Below, one piece after another: positions 1-10,152 of a stretch of 64,000 nucleotides of DNA. Location: the IMG/VR virus record IMGVR_UViG_3300027744_000008; one strand, written 5' to 3'. The translations under genes and the position numbers were made by a program. Positions within the stretch are counted from its first letter, which is position 1. Each line of letters opens with the position of its first letter. Under the pieces are notes generated by a model. That model did not search any database. It was given only the letters and a program-made list of their open reading frames with translations, and had not been told where the DNA came from. The DNA is from a virus (Duplodnaviria > Heunggongvirae > Uroviricota > Caudoviricetes).

Positions 1-96
1 ACAAACAATCGAGCAGATGATGCACCAGTTGGTGACACAGGACCCAGCGATGTTGACAAAATGGCAAAACGTGCAGCCGCAAAAGAAATAAAAACT

Positions 97-125
97 TGAC
101 AATATAATCAATTTTTAGTATAATA
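97..125 (+). promoter_or_regulatory. sigma70-like promoter (TTGACA-17-TATAAT) upstream of first CDS
   Basis: ttgaca at 97-102, 17-nt spacer, tataat at 120-125, ATG at 130. Confidence 0.5.
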
Positions 126-129
126 GGCT

Positions 130-816
130 ATGTCCTTATTAATTGAAAAATTTAATTATGTTAAACTAACTCGAGACGAAAGCCAAGGTAAACGCTTATA
201 TGCTACACCTCAAGGCCACCGAGTTCCCAGTGTCACAACTATCTTAGATCGAACTAAACCAGCAGAAGCCCGTGCCGCATTGGCCAATTGGAAAAAAGCT
301 GTTGGTGAAAAGAAAGCCCAAGAGATTGTTACCGAAGCTGCTGGTCGCGGTACTAGGATGCACAAGTACTTAGAAGACTATGTCAAGGGAGAGCCACTGC
401 GTGAAACAGTGACTAATCCCTTTGCACAGCAAAGCCTAGATATGGCCCGTATAGTGATTGAAAAGGGATTTCCTAAAATTAGTGAAGTATGGGGCAGTGA
501 AGTACCTTTATACTTCCCAGAACTATATGCTGGAACTACTGATTGTTGTGGGATACACGACGGCGCCGAAGCCATCCTAGACTTTAAACAAACTAATAAA
601 CCCAAGAAACTAGAATGGATCGGCGATTACTTTCTACAATTGACAGCCTACGCTCTAGCACACAATGAAGTACACGGAACAAACATACGCAAGGGTGTTA
701 TTCTAATGTGCAGTAAAGATTACCAGTATCAAGAGTTTATCCTAGAACCCAAGGACTTTGATTACTGGACTAATTGTTGGTGCGACAGGGTAAGTGAATA
801 TTATAAACAAGCATGA
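130..816 (+). CDS. PD-(D/E)XK family nuclease (phage exonuclease-like)
   Basis: Motifs VTTILD, GTRMHKYLE, D...ILDFKQTNK (D-ExK) typical of PD-(D/E)XK exonucleases; ORF track. Confidence 0.5.
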   Translation: MSLLIEKFNYVKLTRDESQGKRLYATPQGHRVPSVTTILDRTKPAEARAALANWKKAVGEKKAQEIVTEAAGRGTRMHKYLEDYVKGEPLRETVTNPFAQQSLDMARIVIEKGFPKISEVWGSEVPLYFPELYAGTTDCCGIHDGAEAILDFKQTNKPKKLEWIGDYFLQLTAYALAHNEVHGTNIRKGVILMCSKDYQYQEFILEPKDFDYWTNCWCDRVSEYYKQA

Positions 817-1529
817 AAACAGCATTAATAGGACATACTGGACTAATAGGCTCAGTGTTAAAAAGAACAAACACATTTCATAAATTATATAATTCTGCAA
901 ACATAGTAGAGTTACCAGACGACGGAGTTGACACAATTATCTGTTCTGCACCTAGTGCCAATAGAATCATTGCTAATCAAAATCCGGAAGAAGATCTATT
1001 ATCAGTTAACACACTGATCAACAGCATTAGACAATCTGGTGCTCAACAAGTGGTCTTAATAGGGACAATAGATGCTGTCAATTATACAAACACACCCTAC
1101 GGTCTCCATAGAAAACTGCTTGAAGATTTTATCAAAACAGAGATAGAAGATCACTATATTATACGCTTATGTTCATTAATAGACAAGACTATTATTAAAA
1201 ATCCCCTATACGATTTAAAAAACAAAAAGTTTATTGAAAAAATACAAAGGAATGCACAGCTACAATGGTACGCTTTAAGCAATCTGCATAAGGACATAAA
1301 CTTATGTATAGAGCATAAAATTAGAGAAATAACACTTACATCTGAGCCTGTGAATACCCTAGAAATTATCACAGAGTTTTTCCCAGAATTCTTGGATATT
1401 GTCAAGGATTCCGAAACTCCGCAAATATACGATATTAGGACAGAGCATCACAGCATATTTGGTCAGACTATACCCTATGCTTATAACAAGCTACAGACTT
1501 TCAAATACATAGAAGAATATTTGACTTAA
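813..1529 (+). CDS. hypothetical protein, N-terminal Rossmann-like GxxGxxG (IGHTGLIG)
   Basis: ORF track; 4-nt overlap with upstream gene; glycine-rich N-terminus. Confidence 0.35.
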   Translation: MKTALIGHTGLIGSVLKRTNTFHKLYNSANIVELPDDGVDTIICSAPSANRIIANQNPEEDLLSVNTLINSIRQSGAQQVVLIGTIDAVNYTNTPYGLHRKLLEDFIKTEIEDHYIIRLCSLIDKTIIKNPLYDLKNKKFIEKIQRNAQLQWYALSNLHKDINLCIEHKIREITLTSEPVNTLEIITEFFPEFLDIVKDSETPQIYDIRTEHHSIFGQTIPYAYNKLQTFKYIEEYLT

Positions 1530-1577
1530 ACTCAAGCACTCAAAAGTGATAAATATCCGTATAAAGAGGATATTATT

Positions 1578-3542
1578 ATGGCAGTGGTTCAAATCTCAAG
1601 GATTCAGCAGCGTCGAGGAAGAAAAGATGACGGATTACCGCAACTGGCTAGCGGTGAACTTGCATGGTGTATTGACACACAGGAGTTGTTCATCGGTAAC
1701 GGATCAGTTGCTGAAGGTTCACCAGCAGTGGGAAATACCAAACTACTGACAGAGTACGATAATCTATTAAATTTAATAGGTACTTACGAATTTGCCAAGA
1801 ATGATGATAGTATTCAGACTGGCGCTGAAATTAACTTCCCGGTAACTAGATCTGTACAACAACGATTAGATGACGAAGTCTCTATGGCAAGTTTTGGTGT
1901 TCTAGACGACAACTCTGTCCAAACGCCCGACTATCGAACAGCTGCCATGCAACGTGCTATTGACCAACTATACCTAAGTGCATCACGTAATGGAGAAACT
2001 AGTTCTAGAATAGAACTACAAATTTCTCCTGGAGAGTTCACTATTTCAGATACACTATATCTTCCTAGTTTTGTTACACTAGTCGGCGCGGGCAAAAATA
2101 AAACTATTATTAATTATACAGGTGCCGGCCCCATAGTAGAATGTGTCGACGATGAGTCTAGTGTGGGTGTATATCGCACATTAACTACTATAGTCTGTGA
2201 AGTAACTACGGTTAATTATTATGAAGGTCTTGATATAGTTAATAAGATACTAGTAAATGATACTACTGGAATCTCTATAGATGACGAAGTTGTATTTAGA
2301 GGAACCGGATTTGGTAATATTGAGATCGGAACAACTTACTACGTTAGAACAATAAGTAACGACAACGACTACATTACTATTAGTGAATCAACTGTATTAG
2401 GTGGAGATCCTATCTTTACACTAATCGACGATATAGGTTTTATGCGGGCAATAATTACTGTTAACGGTAACAGTACAAATTCTACAAATCAACCGCAGCA
2501 TATAAATGTACGAGGTATAGGTTTAACAACTGAAAGCAATAGCACACAAGGTATTGTGTTTAATGCAGTTAGAGATAGTGTGTTTGACGACATTGGATTA
2601 ACCGGGCTATGGAAAGCAGATGACGACCATGCAACTACTCCAAATAGCCGAGCATTAGAATTAAATTCTGTCAGCGCAGTTGTTACTTCAGAACGTAATA
2701 TATTTAAAGATATAGAAATAACAGGTTTCACCTACGGTGTATGGTCAACGCAAGATGCACAGTACAATAAGTTTGACAATTTATATATACACGGAGTAGG
2801 AACATCATTAAATGTGCATCAAGCCATAGTTTTTGGAAATGGTGCCAGTGCTGGTAGAGGACCAAAAAATAATACTATATCAAATTCGATTTTTGAACTA
2901 GTACATAGACACGGTATTTACATTAGTACAGGCCTAGGTAATACCAGCATTGCCAACAGATTTGTAAATGTTGGTAATGATGGACAGGGTAATAGTTTTT
3001 CATCATGGCCACACATTTATTTTGGTGATCCTGGAAATTCGTCACACAACGATGAATTTGATAGAGTAGAGGACCTTGAAGGTGCGGCCAACGGTAGTTC
3101 AGTTTATGTGCCTAATATTAACGGGCATGTTGCCTACGATTCAACTTCAGTTAGTAGTATTAATCTTACCTATGCCGCAACGCCACCTGCTATTTCTACA
3201 GTAATCGCCCTACGACTGCCAATGCCAAACTTAAACTCTAGTATACCCACTGCAAGAGATAATATTGGATATGAAATTAATTATGTATATCGAAGAAATA
3301 ACGATTCTACATCTAGATTTGGTAGGCTATTAATTAATGCAGATGTACCCACTGATACAGTACAGTTAGTCGATGAGTACGAGTTTGTCGGTGCAGCAGG
3401 TCAGGAAATAAAATTATCATTTACAGCTAGAATCTGGGATACCAATGGCGATACATTCAAAGATACACTGCAAATCTTCTATAATATTGCCAGCTCAACC
3501 GACGATGGTACTATGAGCTACTCATATCGAAGTATTTTTTAA
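1578..3542 (+). CDS. tail fibre / tail-spike-like structural protein with right-handed beta-helix (pectate-lyase-like) domain
   Basis: N-terminal motif IQQRRG...LASGELAWCIDTQELFIGNG common to phage tail-fibre proteins; repeated N/G/T/S-rich beta-helix turns (NVRGIGLT, IEITGFTYGVWS, NLYIHGVG); RBS aagaggat before ATG. Confidence 0.6.
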   Translation: MAVVQISRIQQRRGRKDDGLPQLASGELAWCIDTQELFIGNGSVAEGSPAVGNTKLLTEYDNLLNLIGTYEFAKNDDSIQTGAEINFPVTRSVQQRLDDEVSMASFGVLDDNSVQTPDYRTAAMQRAIDQLYLSASRNGETSSRIELQISPGEFTISDTLYLPSFVTLVGAGKNKTIINYTGAGPIVECVDDESSVGVYRTLTTIVCEVTTVNYYEGLDIVNKILVNDTTGISIDDEVVFRGTGFGNIEIGTTYYVRTISNDNDYITISESTVLGGDPIFTLIDDIGFMRAIITVNGNSTNSTNQPQHINVRGIGLTTESNSTQGIVFNAVRDSVFDDIGLTGLWKADDDHATTPNSRALELNSVSAVVTSERNIFKDIEITGFTYGVWSTQDAQYNKFDNLYIHGVGTSLNVHQAIVFGNGASAGRGPKNNTISNSIFELVHRHGIYISTGLGNTSIANRFVNVGNDGQGNSFSSWPHIYFGDPGNSSHNDEFDRVEDLEGAANGSSVYVPNINGHVAYDSTSVSSINLTYAATPPAISTVIALRLPMPNLNSSIPTARDNIGYEINYVYRRNNDSTSRFGRLLINADVPTDTVQLVDEYEFVGAAGQEIKLSFTARIWDTNGDTFKDTLQIFYNIASSTDDGTMSYSYRSIF

Positions 3543-3746
3543 ATCGAATCATTTGACTTTTAGATAAAAATAGCATATTATTTGCTTTAGTTAGATAATA
3601 AGATACCTAAGAACTCTTAAAATTCAATTTTTATTAAAAACCTGTTTAAATTCAACAATTTAGACAAGTTTTTCAGCCAACAAATTCTCCACTAAATATG
3701 AGTCAACTAACATTAAGTAAAATACATTTTACAAAAAGAAAGAGCA

Positions 3747-6071
3747 ATGTCAACTATCACAGTAATTAAAAGAAATGGGAAGAAAGAGCCGTTAACCATA
3801 GAAAAATGGCAAACGCAGATTGCCAAAGTCTGTAGCGGTACAGCAGATGTTAGTCAAAGTATGATTGAGATTAAAGCTCAATTACATTTTTATGATGGAA
3901 TTACAACTAAAGAAATTGATGGTATAACTCTACGTGCTATAGTAGATCTCATCGATGTAGAGTCAAACCCGGACGTAGGTCATGTTAATTATCAATATGT
4001 AGCGGGCAAACAGCGCCTCAGTATGCTACGTAAGGATGTATACGGAATATACGAGCCTCCCCACCTATATGAGATTGTTAAGAAGAATGTAGCCACTGGC
4101 TTATATACTCCCGATCTTCTTAAATGGTATAGTGAGGACGACTGGGATAAAATGAACGACATCATAGATCATTCAAAAGATGAACAATACGGATATGCTA
4201 GTATTGAACAGCTAATAGAAAAATATCTAGTAAAGAATCGATCCACTAAGGAAATATATGAAACTCCGCAGGTTAGATACATGGTGGCCGCAGCCACAGT
4301 CTTCCACAAAGAAGAGCCCAACACAGCCCGTATGCGATATATCAAAGAATACTACACAGCAGCCAGTGACGGACTCTTTACCTTGGCCACGCCAGTGTTG
4401 GCAGGCCTTGGTACTCCTACTAAACAGTTTAGTAGTTGCGTACTTATTAGGTCGGATGATGATCTGGACAGTATTTTCGCGTCCGGAGAGATGATGGCCA
4501 AGTATGCCAGTAAACGTGCTGGCATTGGATTAGAAATTGGACGCCTACGCCCCTTGGGATCCCCTATAAGGGGAGGTGAAATAATGCACACCGGCATGAT
4601 CCCATTTCTAAAGAAATGGTTTGGTGATTTACGTAGTTGTAGTCAAGGAGGTATCCGTAACGCTAGTGCTACTGTGTTCTATCCTATTTGGCATCATCAG
4701 TTTGATGATCTTATTGTGCTTAAAAACAATCAAGGAACAGAAGAAACCCGAGTTAGACACATGGACTACGGAGTCGTCCTCTCCGCCTTCTTCTGGAGAC
4801 GATTTCGAAACAAGGAAACTATAACTTTCTTTGATCCCAATGAAGTACCAGACCTGTATGAAGCGTTTTATCGTAACACCGAGCTATTTGAAGAGCTGTA
4901 CGTAAAATATGAAAAACGTAAAGACCTTCGAACAAAAACAATGAATGCCGAGGATGTATTCAAGGGCGGCATTCTTAAAGAGCGTACTGACACAGGACGT
5001 ATCTATCTAGTGTTCATTGACAATGTAATGAATCAAGGACCTTTTGACCCTGAATACCATACCATTTATCAAAGTAATCTCTGCTGTGAAATACTTCTTC
5101 CTACTAAATCCTTTAAGCGTTTGGATGACAGCGATGGCCGTATCGCTCTTTGCACACTGGGCTCAATCAACTGGGGTGCGTTCCGCAATCCTGAAGACAT
5201 GCGCCGTGCTTGCCGTATTCTTCAGCGTAGCCTGTGCAACATATTGGACTACCAAGACTTCCTCTCAATCCAATCAAAACTATCAAATGATGAAATCCAA
5301 CCCTTGGGTATCGGAGTCACAAATCTTGCCTACTGGCACGCCAAGCGTGGACTCAAGTACGGCGAAAAAGACGCACTCCAAGATGTAAAATCTTGGATGG
5401 AACATCAAGCGTTTTATCTAACAGAAGCCACGGTTGAATTAGCCAAAGAACGCGGTCCATGCACACACAGTGGTAGAACAAGATATGGTCAAGGCATATT
5501 CCCCTGGGAACTACGTGCCAAGGGTGTGAATGAACTTACTGACTTTACTCCTGAACTACCTTGGGAACCACTACGTGCTGAGATGAAACAGTATGGTGTT
5601 CGCAACGCCACACTTATGGCAATTGCCCCTGTAGAATCTAGTAGTGTAGCCATTAACAGCACTAACGGGATCGAGTTGCCTATGAGTTTAATCAGTGTCA
5701 AGGAAAGTAAAGCAGGGTCATTTATTCAAGTGGTCCCCGAATACCACAGGCTAAAGAACAAATATCAACTTATGTGGGAACAAAAAGACTGCGACGGATA
5801 TCTTAAAACTGCCGCAGTGTTGGCTGCTTACGTTGACCAAAGCATTAGTACAAATACTTTTTATAATCCCGCACACTGGGCAGACCGTAAAGTACCGACT
5901 ACACTAATTGCCAAAAATTTAATGCAAGCCCATATATGGGGATTAAAAACATTCTACTACAGTCTGATTAATAAAGCAGGCAGTAAAGCCAACGAAGAAC
6001 TAGTGCAGACCATTGCACAAACATACATAGAACAAGAATTAGAAGACGACTGCGAGGCATGTAAACTATGA
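3747..6071 (+). CDS. nrdA: ribonucleoside-diphosphate reductase large subunit (class Ia) with N-terminal ATP cone
   Basis: 774 aa; ATP-cone (VIKRNGKKEPLTIEKW), catalytic region motifs (NLCCEILL, C-terminal CEAC); followed by nrdB with 4-nt overlap. Confidence 0.9.
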   Translation: MSTITVIKRNGKKEPLTIEKWQTQIAKVCSGTADVSQSMIEIKAQLHFYDGITTKEIDGITLRAIVDLIDVESNPDVGHVNYQYVAGKQRLSMLRKDVYGIYEPPHLYEIVKKNVATGLYTPDLLKWYSEDDWDKMNDIIDHSKDEQYGYASIEQLIEKYLVKNRSTKEIYETPQVRYMVAAATVFHKEEPNTARMRYIKEYYTAASDGLFTLATPVLAGLGTPTKQFSSCVLIRSDDDLDSIFASGEMMAKYASKRAGIGLEIGRLRPLGSPIRGGEIMHTGMIPFLKKWFGDLRSCSQGGIRNASATVFYPIWHHQFDDLIVLKNNQGTEETRVRHMDYGVVLSAFFWRRFRNKETITFFDPNEVPDLYEAFYRNTELFEELYVKYEKRKDLRTKTMNAEDVFKGGILKERTDTGRIYLVFIDNVMNQGPFDPEYHTIYQSNLCCEILLPTKSFKRLDDSDGRIALCTLGSINWGAFRNPEDMRRACRILQRSLCNILDYQDFLSIQSKLSNDEIQPLGIGVTNLAYWHAKRGLKYGEKDALQDVKSWMEHQAFYLTEATVELAKERGPCTHSGRTRYGQGIFPWELRAKGVNELTDFTPELPWEPLRAEMKQYGVRNATLMAIAPVESSSVAINSTNGIELPMSLISVKESKAGSFIQVVPEYHRLKNKYQLMWEQKDCDGYLKTAAVLAAYVDQSISTNTFYNPAHWADRKVPTTLIAKNLMQAHIWGLKTFYYSLINKAGSKANEELVQTIAQTYIEQELEDDCEACKL

Positions 6072-7168
6072 GCAAAGAACAATACAATTTAACCACAAAG
6101 ACAGACTATCTAGATCGTAAGATGTTTCTAGATCCAGCGGGTCCTGTAACCATCCAACGCTTTGAAGAAGTTAAGTATCCTAAGATACAAAAGATTGAAC
6201 AAACAGCACGAGGCTTCTTTTGGGTACCAGAAGAAATTAGTCTAAGCAAAGATGCTAACGACTTTAAAGATGCCAGTGATGCGGTCAAACATATCTTTAC
6301 CAGCAACCTGCTACGCCAGACAGCATTAGACAGCCTACAAGGACGTGGTCCGGCACAGGTGTTTACACCTTGTGTCAGTTTACCAGAAGTCGAAGCTCTA
6401 ATGTATAATTGGAGTTTCTTTGAAACTAATATACATAGCCGTAGTTATAGCCACATTATTCGTAACATCTACAATGTACCTAAAGATGTTTTTAACACCA
6501 TCCACGATACACAAGAGATTATTGATATGGCCAGTAGTGTTGGCAAGTATTATGATTACCTACACAAATTAAATTGCCAAAAAGAAACGGGTGAAGATAT
6601 ACCTGAATTAGAACATGTTAAGGCAATATGGTTGGCACTCAACGCCAGCTATGCACTAGAAGCATTCCGTTTTATGGTCAGCTTTGCCACTAGTCTTGCC
6701 ATGGTGGAAAATAAAATCTTTATTGGTAATGGAAACATTATTAGTTTAATTCTACAAGACGAAGTCCTACACAAAGAATGGACTGCCTTAATGATTAATG
6801 CAGTGGTTAAAGAGGACAGCAGATTTGCACAGGCCAAGGAAGAGTGTGCCAACGAAGTCTATCAATTATATATAGATGTAATTTGCGAGGAGAAAGCCTG
6901 GGCTGATTATTTGTTTAAGAAAGGCCCTGTCATCGGATTGAACGCTAATATTTTAAAAGAATTTGTGGACTATACTGCTCTGCAAGCATTAAAAGATATT
7001 GGCATTAAATATCAAAGCCCTGCACCCAAGTCAACACCTATTCCGTGGTTTAACAAACATGTAGACACTAGTAAGAAGCAGACTGCCTTACAAGAAAATG
7101 AGTCAACAAACTACGTCATTGGTGTAATGGGTGATAGTATTGACTACGATGAATTACCAGCAGTATAA
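6068..7168 (+). CDS. nrdB: ribonucleoside-diphosphate reductase small subunit
   Basis: 366 aa ferritin-like diiron protein immediately downstream of nrdA, overlapping start; acidic C-terminal tail. Confidence 0.85.
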   Translation: MSKEQYNLTTKTDYLDRKMFLDPAGPVTIQRFEEVKYPKIQKIEQTARGFFWVPEEISLSKDANDFKDASDAVKHIFTSNLLRQTALDSLQGRGPAQVFTPCVSLPEVEALMYNWSFFETNIHSRSYSHIIRNIYNVPKDVFNTIHDTQEIIDMASSVGKYYDYLHKLNCQKETGEDIPELEHVKAIWLALNASYALEAFRFMVSFATSLAMVENKIFIGNGNIISLILQDEVLHKEWTALMINAVVKEDSRFAQAKEECANEVYQLYIDVICEEKAWADYLFKKGPVIGLNANILKEFVDYTALQALKDIGIKYQSPAPKSTPIPWFNKHVDTSKKQTALQENESTNYVIGVMGDSIDYDELPAV

Positions 7169-7178
7169 CGGAGAAAAA

Positions 7179-7409
7179 ATGAAAGCAATAGTATGGTCAA
7201 AATATCAATGCACATTCTGCGATCAGGCCAAGGCATTACTAACACAAAAAGGTATTGAATTTGAAGAACGCAAAATAGGTGATGGATATACCCGAGAAGA
7301 ATTATTAGAAGCAGTGCCCACGGCACGTACAGTACCACAGATTTTCCTAGATGGAGAACTAGTAGGCGGATTTAACGAATTAAAAGAAAGGTTAGTAAAT
7401 GTTAATTAA
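7179..7409 (+). CDS. glutaredoxin (NrdC/NrdH-like, CxxC redox protein)
   Basis: MKAIVWSKYQCTFCDQAKALL... CTFC active site, TVPQIF, GG motif; start re-chosen at internal ATG with RBS aacggaga; adjacent to nrdAB. Confidence 0.8.
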   Translation: MKAIVWSKYQCTFCDQAKALLTQKGIEFEERKIGDGYTREELLEAVPTARTVPQIFLDGELVGGFNELKERLVNVN

Positions 7410-7689
7410 TAAAGGCATGTCATCAGGCGATGTAATCACACTCAAACTTACCAGCGGAGAAGAACTAGTTGCTAAACTATCTGAAGAGACAGACAGCTAT
7501 TATAAACTAAGTCGGCCAATGGTTATTGGCATGGGACAACAAGGTCCCGGACTAATGCCTTACTTGTTTACAGTAAGTCCAAATGCAGATGTTAAGTTGC
7601 AAAAATCTACAGTAACAGTAGCAGAGCTGACCGATGAGTCATTTGCCAAACAATTCTTAGAGTCTACTACAGGAATTAAATTAATTTAA
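7399..7689 (+). CDS. hypothetical protein
   Basis: ORF track, tight spacing in operon. Confidence 0.4.
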   Translation: MLINKGMSSGDVITLKLTSGEELVAKLSEETDSYYKLSRPMVIGMGQQGPGLMPYLFTVSPNADVKLQKSTVTVAELTDESFAKQFLESTTGIKLI

Positions 7690-7898
7690 TGCATAAGTTT
7701 GTCATCATGGTCAACGGAGAACTTGTAACCTATACTAGGTACGAAGATATCCCTGACGATTTTGATCATGTGATAGAATTTGTACCTGAAATACCAAATG
7801 GACCACATACAACAGACCAGCATAACGAAATTGAACAGTGGCATCATAGACTTCAGCAGTTAATTCAAAAAGAAAATAACAAACATGCCAACGGCTAG
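7689..7898 (+). CDS. hypothetical small protein
   Basis: ORF track; start overlaps previous stop (TAATG). Confidence 0.35.
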   Translation: MHKFVIMVNGELVTYTRYEDIPDDFDHVIEFVPEIPNGPHTTDQHNEIEQWHHRLQQLIQKENNKHANG

Positions 7899-8340
7899 TC
7901 CTCTATCACTCGGTTCTGTTGTAATAGGCGACAATTTTACTGCCACTGTAAATATAATTCCAGATGACGAGTTTGAAACAATAAGTTCTGTGACAGGAGT
8001 GTTATCAGGTACACCGTTAGAGACTAGTATAACTGTCACAGGCGGATCTACTAGTGTAACTATTTCTGGACAGCATCTAAATACATTCACTGATGTCTTT
8101 ACCTACACAGAACCTGGATTTAGTGATCTAGAGACTACTCCTAGTACAGCAACAGGCAGAGAAAATATGCCAGCTGAAAAGAATCTGTTTATCCTAAATC
8201 AAGATTCAAGGAAAAGCCAAACACGCACTTATATTCTTACTGTTAACGGAAGTATATCACTATCAGTTACACAGGAAGTAGAAAATCCGTTAGAAGCCAT
8301 GACTTCATTTATGGCTAACTATAATTACAAAGCGAGTTAA
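7885..8340 (+). CDS. hypothetical protein (T/S-rich, possibly structural, precedes PAAR gene)
   Basis: ORF track; T/S/G-rich composition. Confidence 0.35.
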   Translation: MPTASPLSLGSVVIGDNFTATVNIIPDDEFETISSVTGVLSGTPLETSITVTGGSTSVTISGQHLNTFTDVFTYTEPGFSDLETTPSTATGRENMPAEKNLFILNQDSRKSQTRTYILTVNGSISLSVTQEVENPLEAMTSFMANYNYKAS

Positions 8341-8342
8341 CT

Positions 8343-8633
8343 ATGCCAGCAGTAACAAGGATTGGAGATGCAGACGTTGCCCATTGCTCGGGCATGGTAA
8401 GAGCAGCTGGCTCTGGGAACGTATTTGCCAATAATCGTCCAATCAGCAGACAGAGCGATGTTAATACTGTACATTTGTTGCCAGGAAGTCCTTGTCCTGC
8501 ACATTCTGCACCAATCGCTTCTGGAAGTAGCAGTGTATTTGTAAACAATCTAGGATGCGGACGAATCGGAGATGCACTGTCTGGGTGTACATCAGTGGCT
8601 GCAGGTAGCTCAAATGTCTTTGCTGGTGGATGA
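8343..8633 (+). CDS. PAAR-repeat protein (baseplate central spike tip)
   Basis: RIGDADVAHCSG..., three PAAR-like repeats (VFANNRPISRQSD, VFVNNLGCGRIGD, VFAGG), 96 aa typical size. Confidence 0.75.
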   Translation: MPAVTRIGDADVAHCSGMVRAAGSGNVFANNRPISRQSDVNTVHLLPGSPCPAHSAPIASGSSSVFVNNLGCGRIGDALSGCTSVAAGSSNVFAGG

Positions 8634-8694
8634 AATATTTTTCTAATGAGATAATGCACATAAGTATTGTGTAATTGCCTAAAGGAGAAATATA

Positions 8695-8889
8695 ATGGCT
8701 ACAAATAAACACGCAGAATTCACAGCAATCGTAGAAGCAATGGAGGCAGACTTTGAAAAGTTTTATGACAAAGAAGTTGGCGCAGCTGGTACACGAGTCC
8801 GCAAGCATTGTCAAGATTTGGCCAAGTTATGCAAAGACACCCGTAACGATGTGACAGCAGTTAAAAATGCCCGCAAAGAAGTAAAATAA
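8695..8889 (+). CDS. Hc1-like histone H1-type nucleoid protein (small basic DNA-binding)
   Basis: AAGTRVRKHCQDLAKLCKDTRND resembles Chlamydia Hc1 KAAAQRVRTESIKLEKIAKVYRKE segment; strong RBS aaaggagaaatat. Confidence 0.4.
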   Translation: MATNKHAEFTAIVEAMEADFEKFYDKEVGAAGTRVRKHCQDLAKLCKDTRNDVTAVKNARKEVK

Positions 8890-8904
8890 TAGTATAAATA
8901 CTGT

Positions 8905-9294
8905 ATGGCATACAGTAGTAAAGTAATTGATCATTACGAAAATCCAAGGAATGTAGGATCATTTGAAAAAGATGATCCTACAGTTGGTACAGGTATGGTC
9001 GGTGCACCGGCTTGCGGCGACGTGATGAAACTGCAAATCAAAGTAGACAAAGATGGCATTATTACCGATGCCAAATTTAAAACTTATGGATGCGGTTCAG
9101 CAATTGCCAGTTCAAGCCTTGTTACTGAGTGGGTAAAGGGTATGCATATCAATGATGCTGTCAACCTTAAAAATTCTCAAATTGCCGAAGAACTAGCCCT
9201 GCCTCCTGTAAAGATACATTGCAGTATATTAGCAGAAGATGCTATAACAGCCGCAGTGGCAGATTATCGAAAGAAGCATGATCTCTCTAACTGA
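8905..9294 (+). CDS. iscU: Fe-S cluster assembly scaffold IscU/NifU-like
   Basis: YSSKVIDHYENPRNVG, GAPACGDVMKL, YGCGSAIASSS, KIHCS motifs. Confidence 0.85.
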   Translation: MAYSSKVIDHYENPRNVGSFEKDDPTVGTGMVGAPACGDVMKLQIKVDKDGIITDAKFKTYGCGSAIASSSLVTEWVKGMHINDAVNLKNSQIAEELALPPVKIHCSILAEDAITAAVADYRKKHDLSN

Positions 9295-9601
9295 ACGTGC
9301 AGAAAATCAGATTATACAACTACTCAAAAAAAGAGGCGGCCTCGGCCTACGTATAGGTGTCAAAACTACGGGCTGTAGTGGTCTTGCCTATGTGTTAGAA
9401 TATCTAAAAGAAGATAAGTTTGACCCTGCAGACGAACGCATTGTTTACAAAGACTTTATTGTAAAAACAGCCACTAGAGATTTGGTTTATCTTAGAGGAC
9501 TAGTAGTGGACTATGTTAAAAACGGACTCAATGAAGGATTTGAATTTAAAAATCCAAATGAACGTGATCGTTGCGGGTGTGGCGAATCGTTTCGAGTATA
9601 A
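9278..9601 (+). CDS. iscA: Fe-S cluster insertion protein IscA/HesB family
   Basis: GCSGLAY... C-terminal CGCGESF signature of A-type carriers. Confidence 0.8.
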   Translation: MISLTERAENQIIQLLKKRGGLGLRIGVKTTGCSGLAYVLEYLKEDKFDPADERIVYKDFIVKTATRDLVYLRGLVVDYVKNGLNEGFEFKNPNERDRCGCGESFRV

Positions 9602-9613
9602 ACCAAAATATTT

Positions 9614-9642
9614 GACTCAAGTTAAACAAGACTATATAATAT
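9614..9642 (+). promoter_or_regulatory. sigma70-like promoter (TTGACT-17-TATAAT)
   Basis: ttgactcaagttaaacaagactatataat upstream of ORF 9673. Confidence 0.4.
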
Positions 9643-9672
9643 TGTGATGTGTTTAACTTCCGGTGAAAACTT

Positions 9673-10065
9673 ATGAGTATGCATCTTCATCATCCTAGTC
9701 TCAGCCTTAACGGCAAGAAGCGTGGAAAAATCAAATTTAGAAATGCCGACGAGGCAAGGAAGGCTAGAGATTTGGATACAGAGTGGAAAGAACTACAGAA
9801 ACGTTGGGGCGTCGAAGCTGAAGAAAAAAAGCGAACTCGTGCTTTAAAATCTGAAGTTTATGTTCCACCAAAAGACCTATCTCGACGAGAAACTGAAGTT
9901 GAAAAAGTACGCAGTTTAAACACAGGTTTAGGTGTGGCCACATTGGTACCAGCCAAGGTCTATACTGGCACCAAGGTTATGGGCATTGCAACCATGCATA
10001 AGAGCAACGCAGTGCCGGTTTTTTCAAACGAAGAAGCCGTTGATATCGCAAAAATGCGTAGATAA
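9673..10065 (+). CDS. hypothetical basic protein
   Basis: ORF track; RBS ggtgaaaac weak. Confidence 0.35.
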   Translation: MSMHLHHPSLSLNGKKRGKIKFRNADEARKARDLDTEWKELQKRWGVEAEEKKRTRALKSEVYVPPKDLSRRETEVEKVRSLNTGLGVATLVPAKVYTGTKVMGIATMHKSNAVPVFSNEEAVDIAKMRR

Positions 10066-10152
10066 CCAAAAAAATCATCGAGATAACTAATTAACGTTCC
10101 GCTTTTGGAACGTAAGGTGCTTGCATCTTAATTCGCGTAAAGGAGGAAACTT

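Noticed and set aside
1546-1749. ORF 1546..1749 overlapping the tail-fibre start
   Set aside because: Different frame overlapping the well-supported 1578 start (RBS aagaggat, conserved tail-fibre N-terminus); no independent support.
7399-7689. Considered calling the ORF after the glutaredoxin a GroES/gp31-like co-chaperonin because of its size and position
   Set aside because: No GroES mobile-loop or roof-hairpin motifs recognisable by eye; left as hypothetical.
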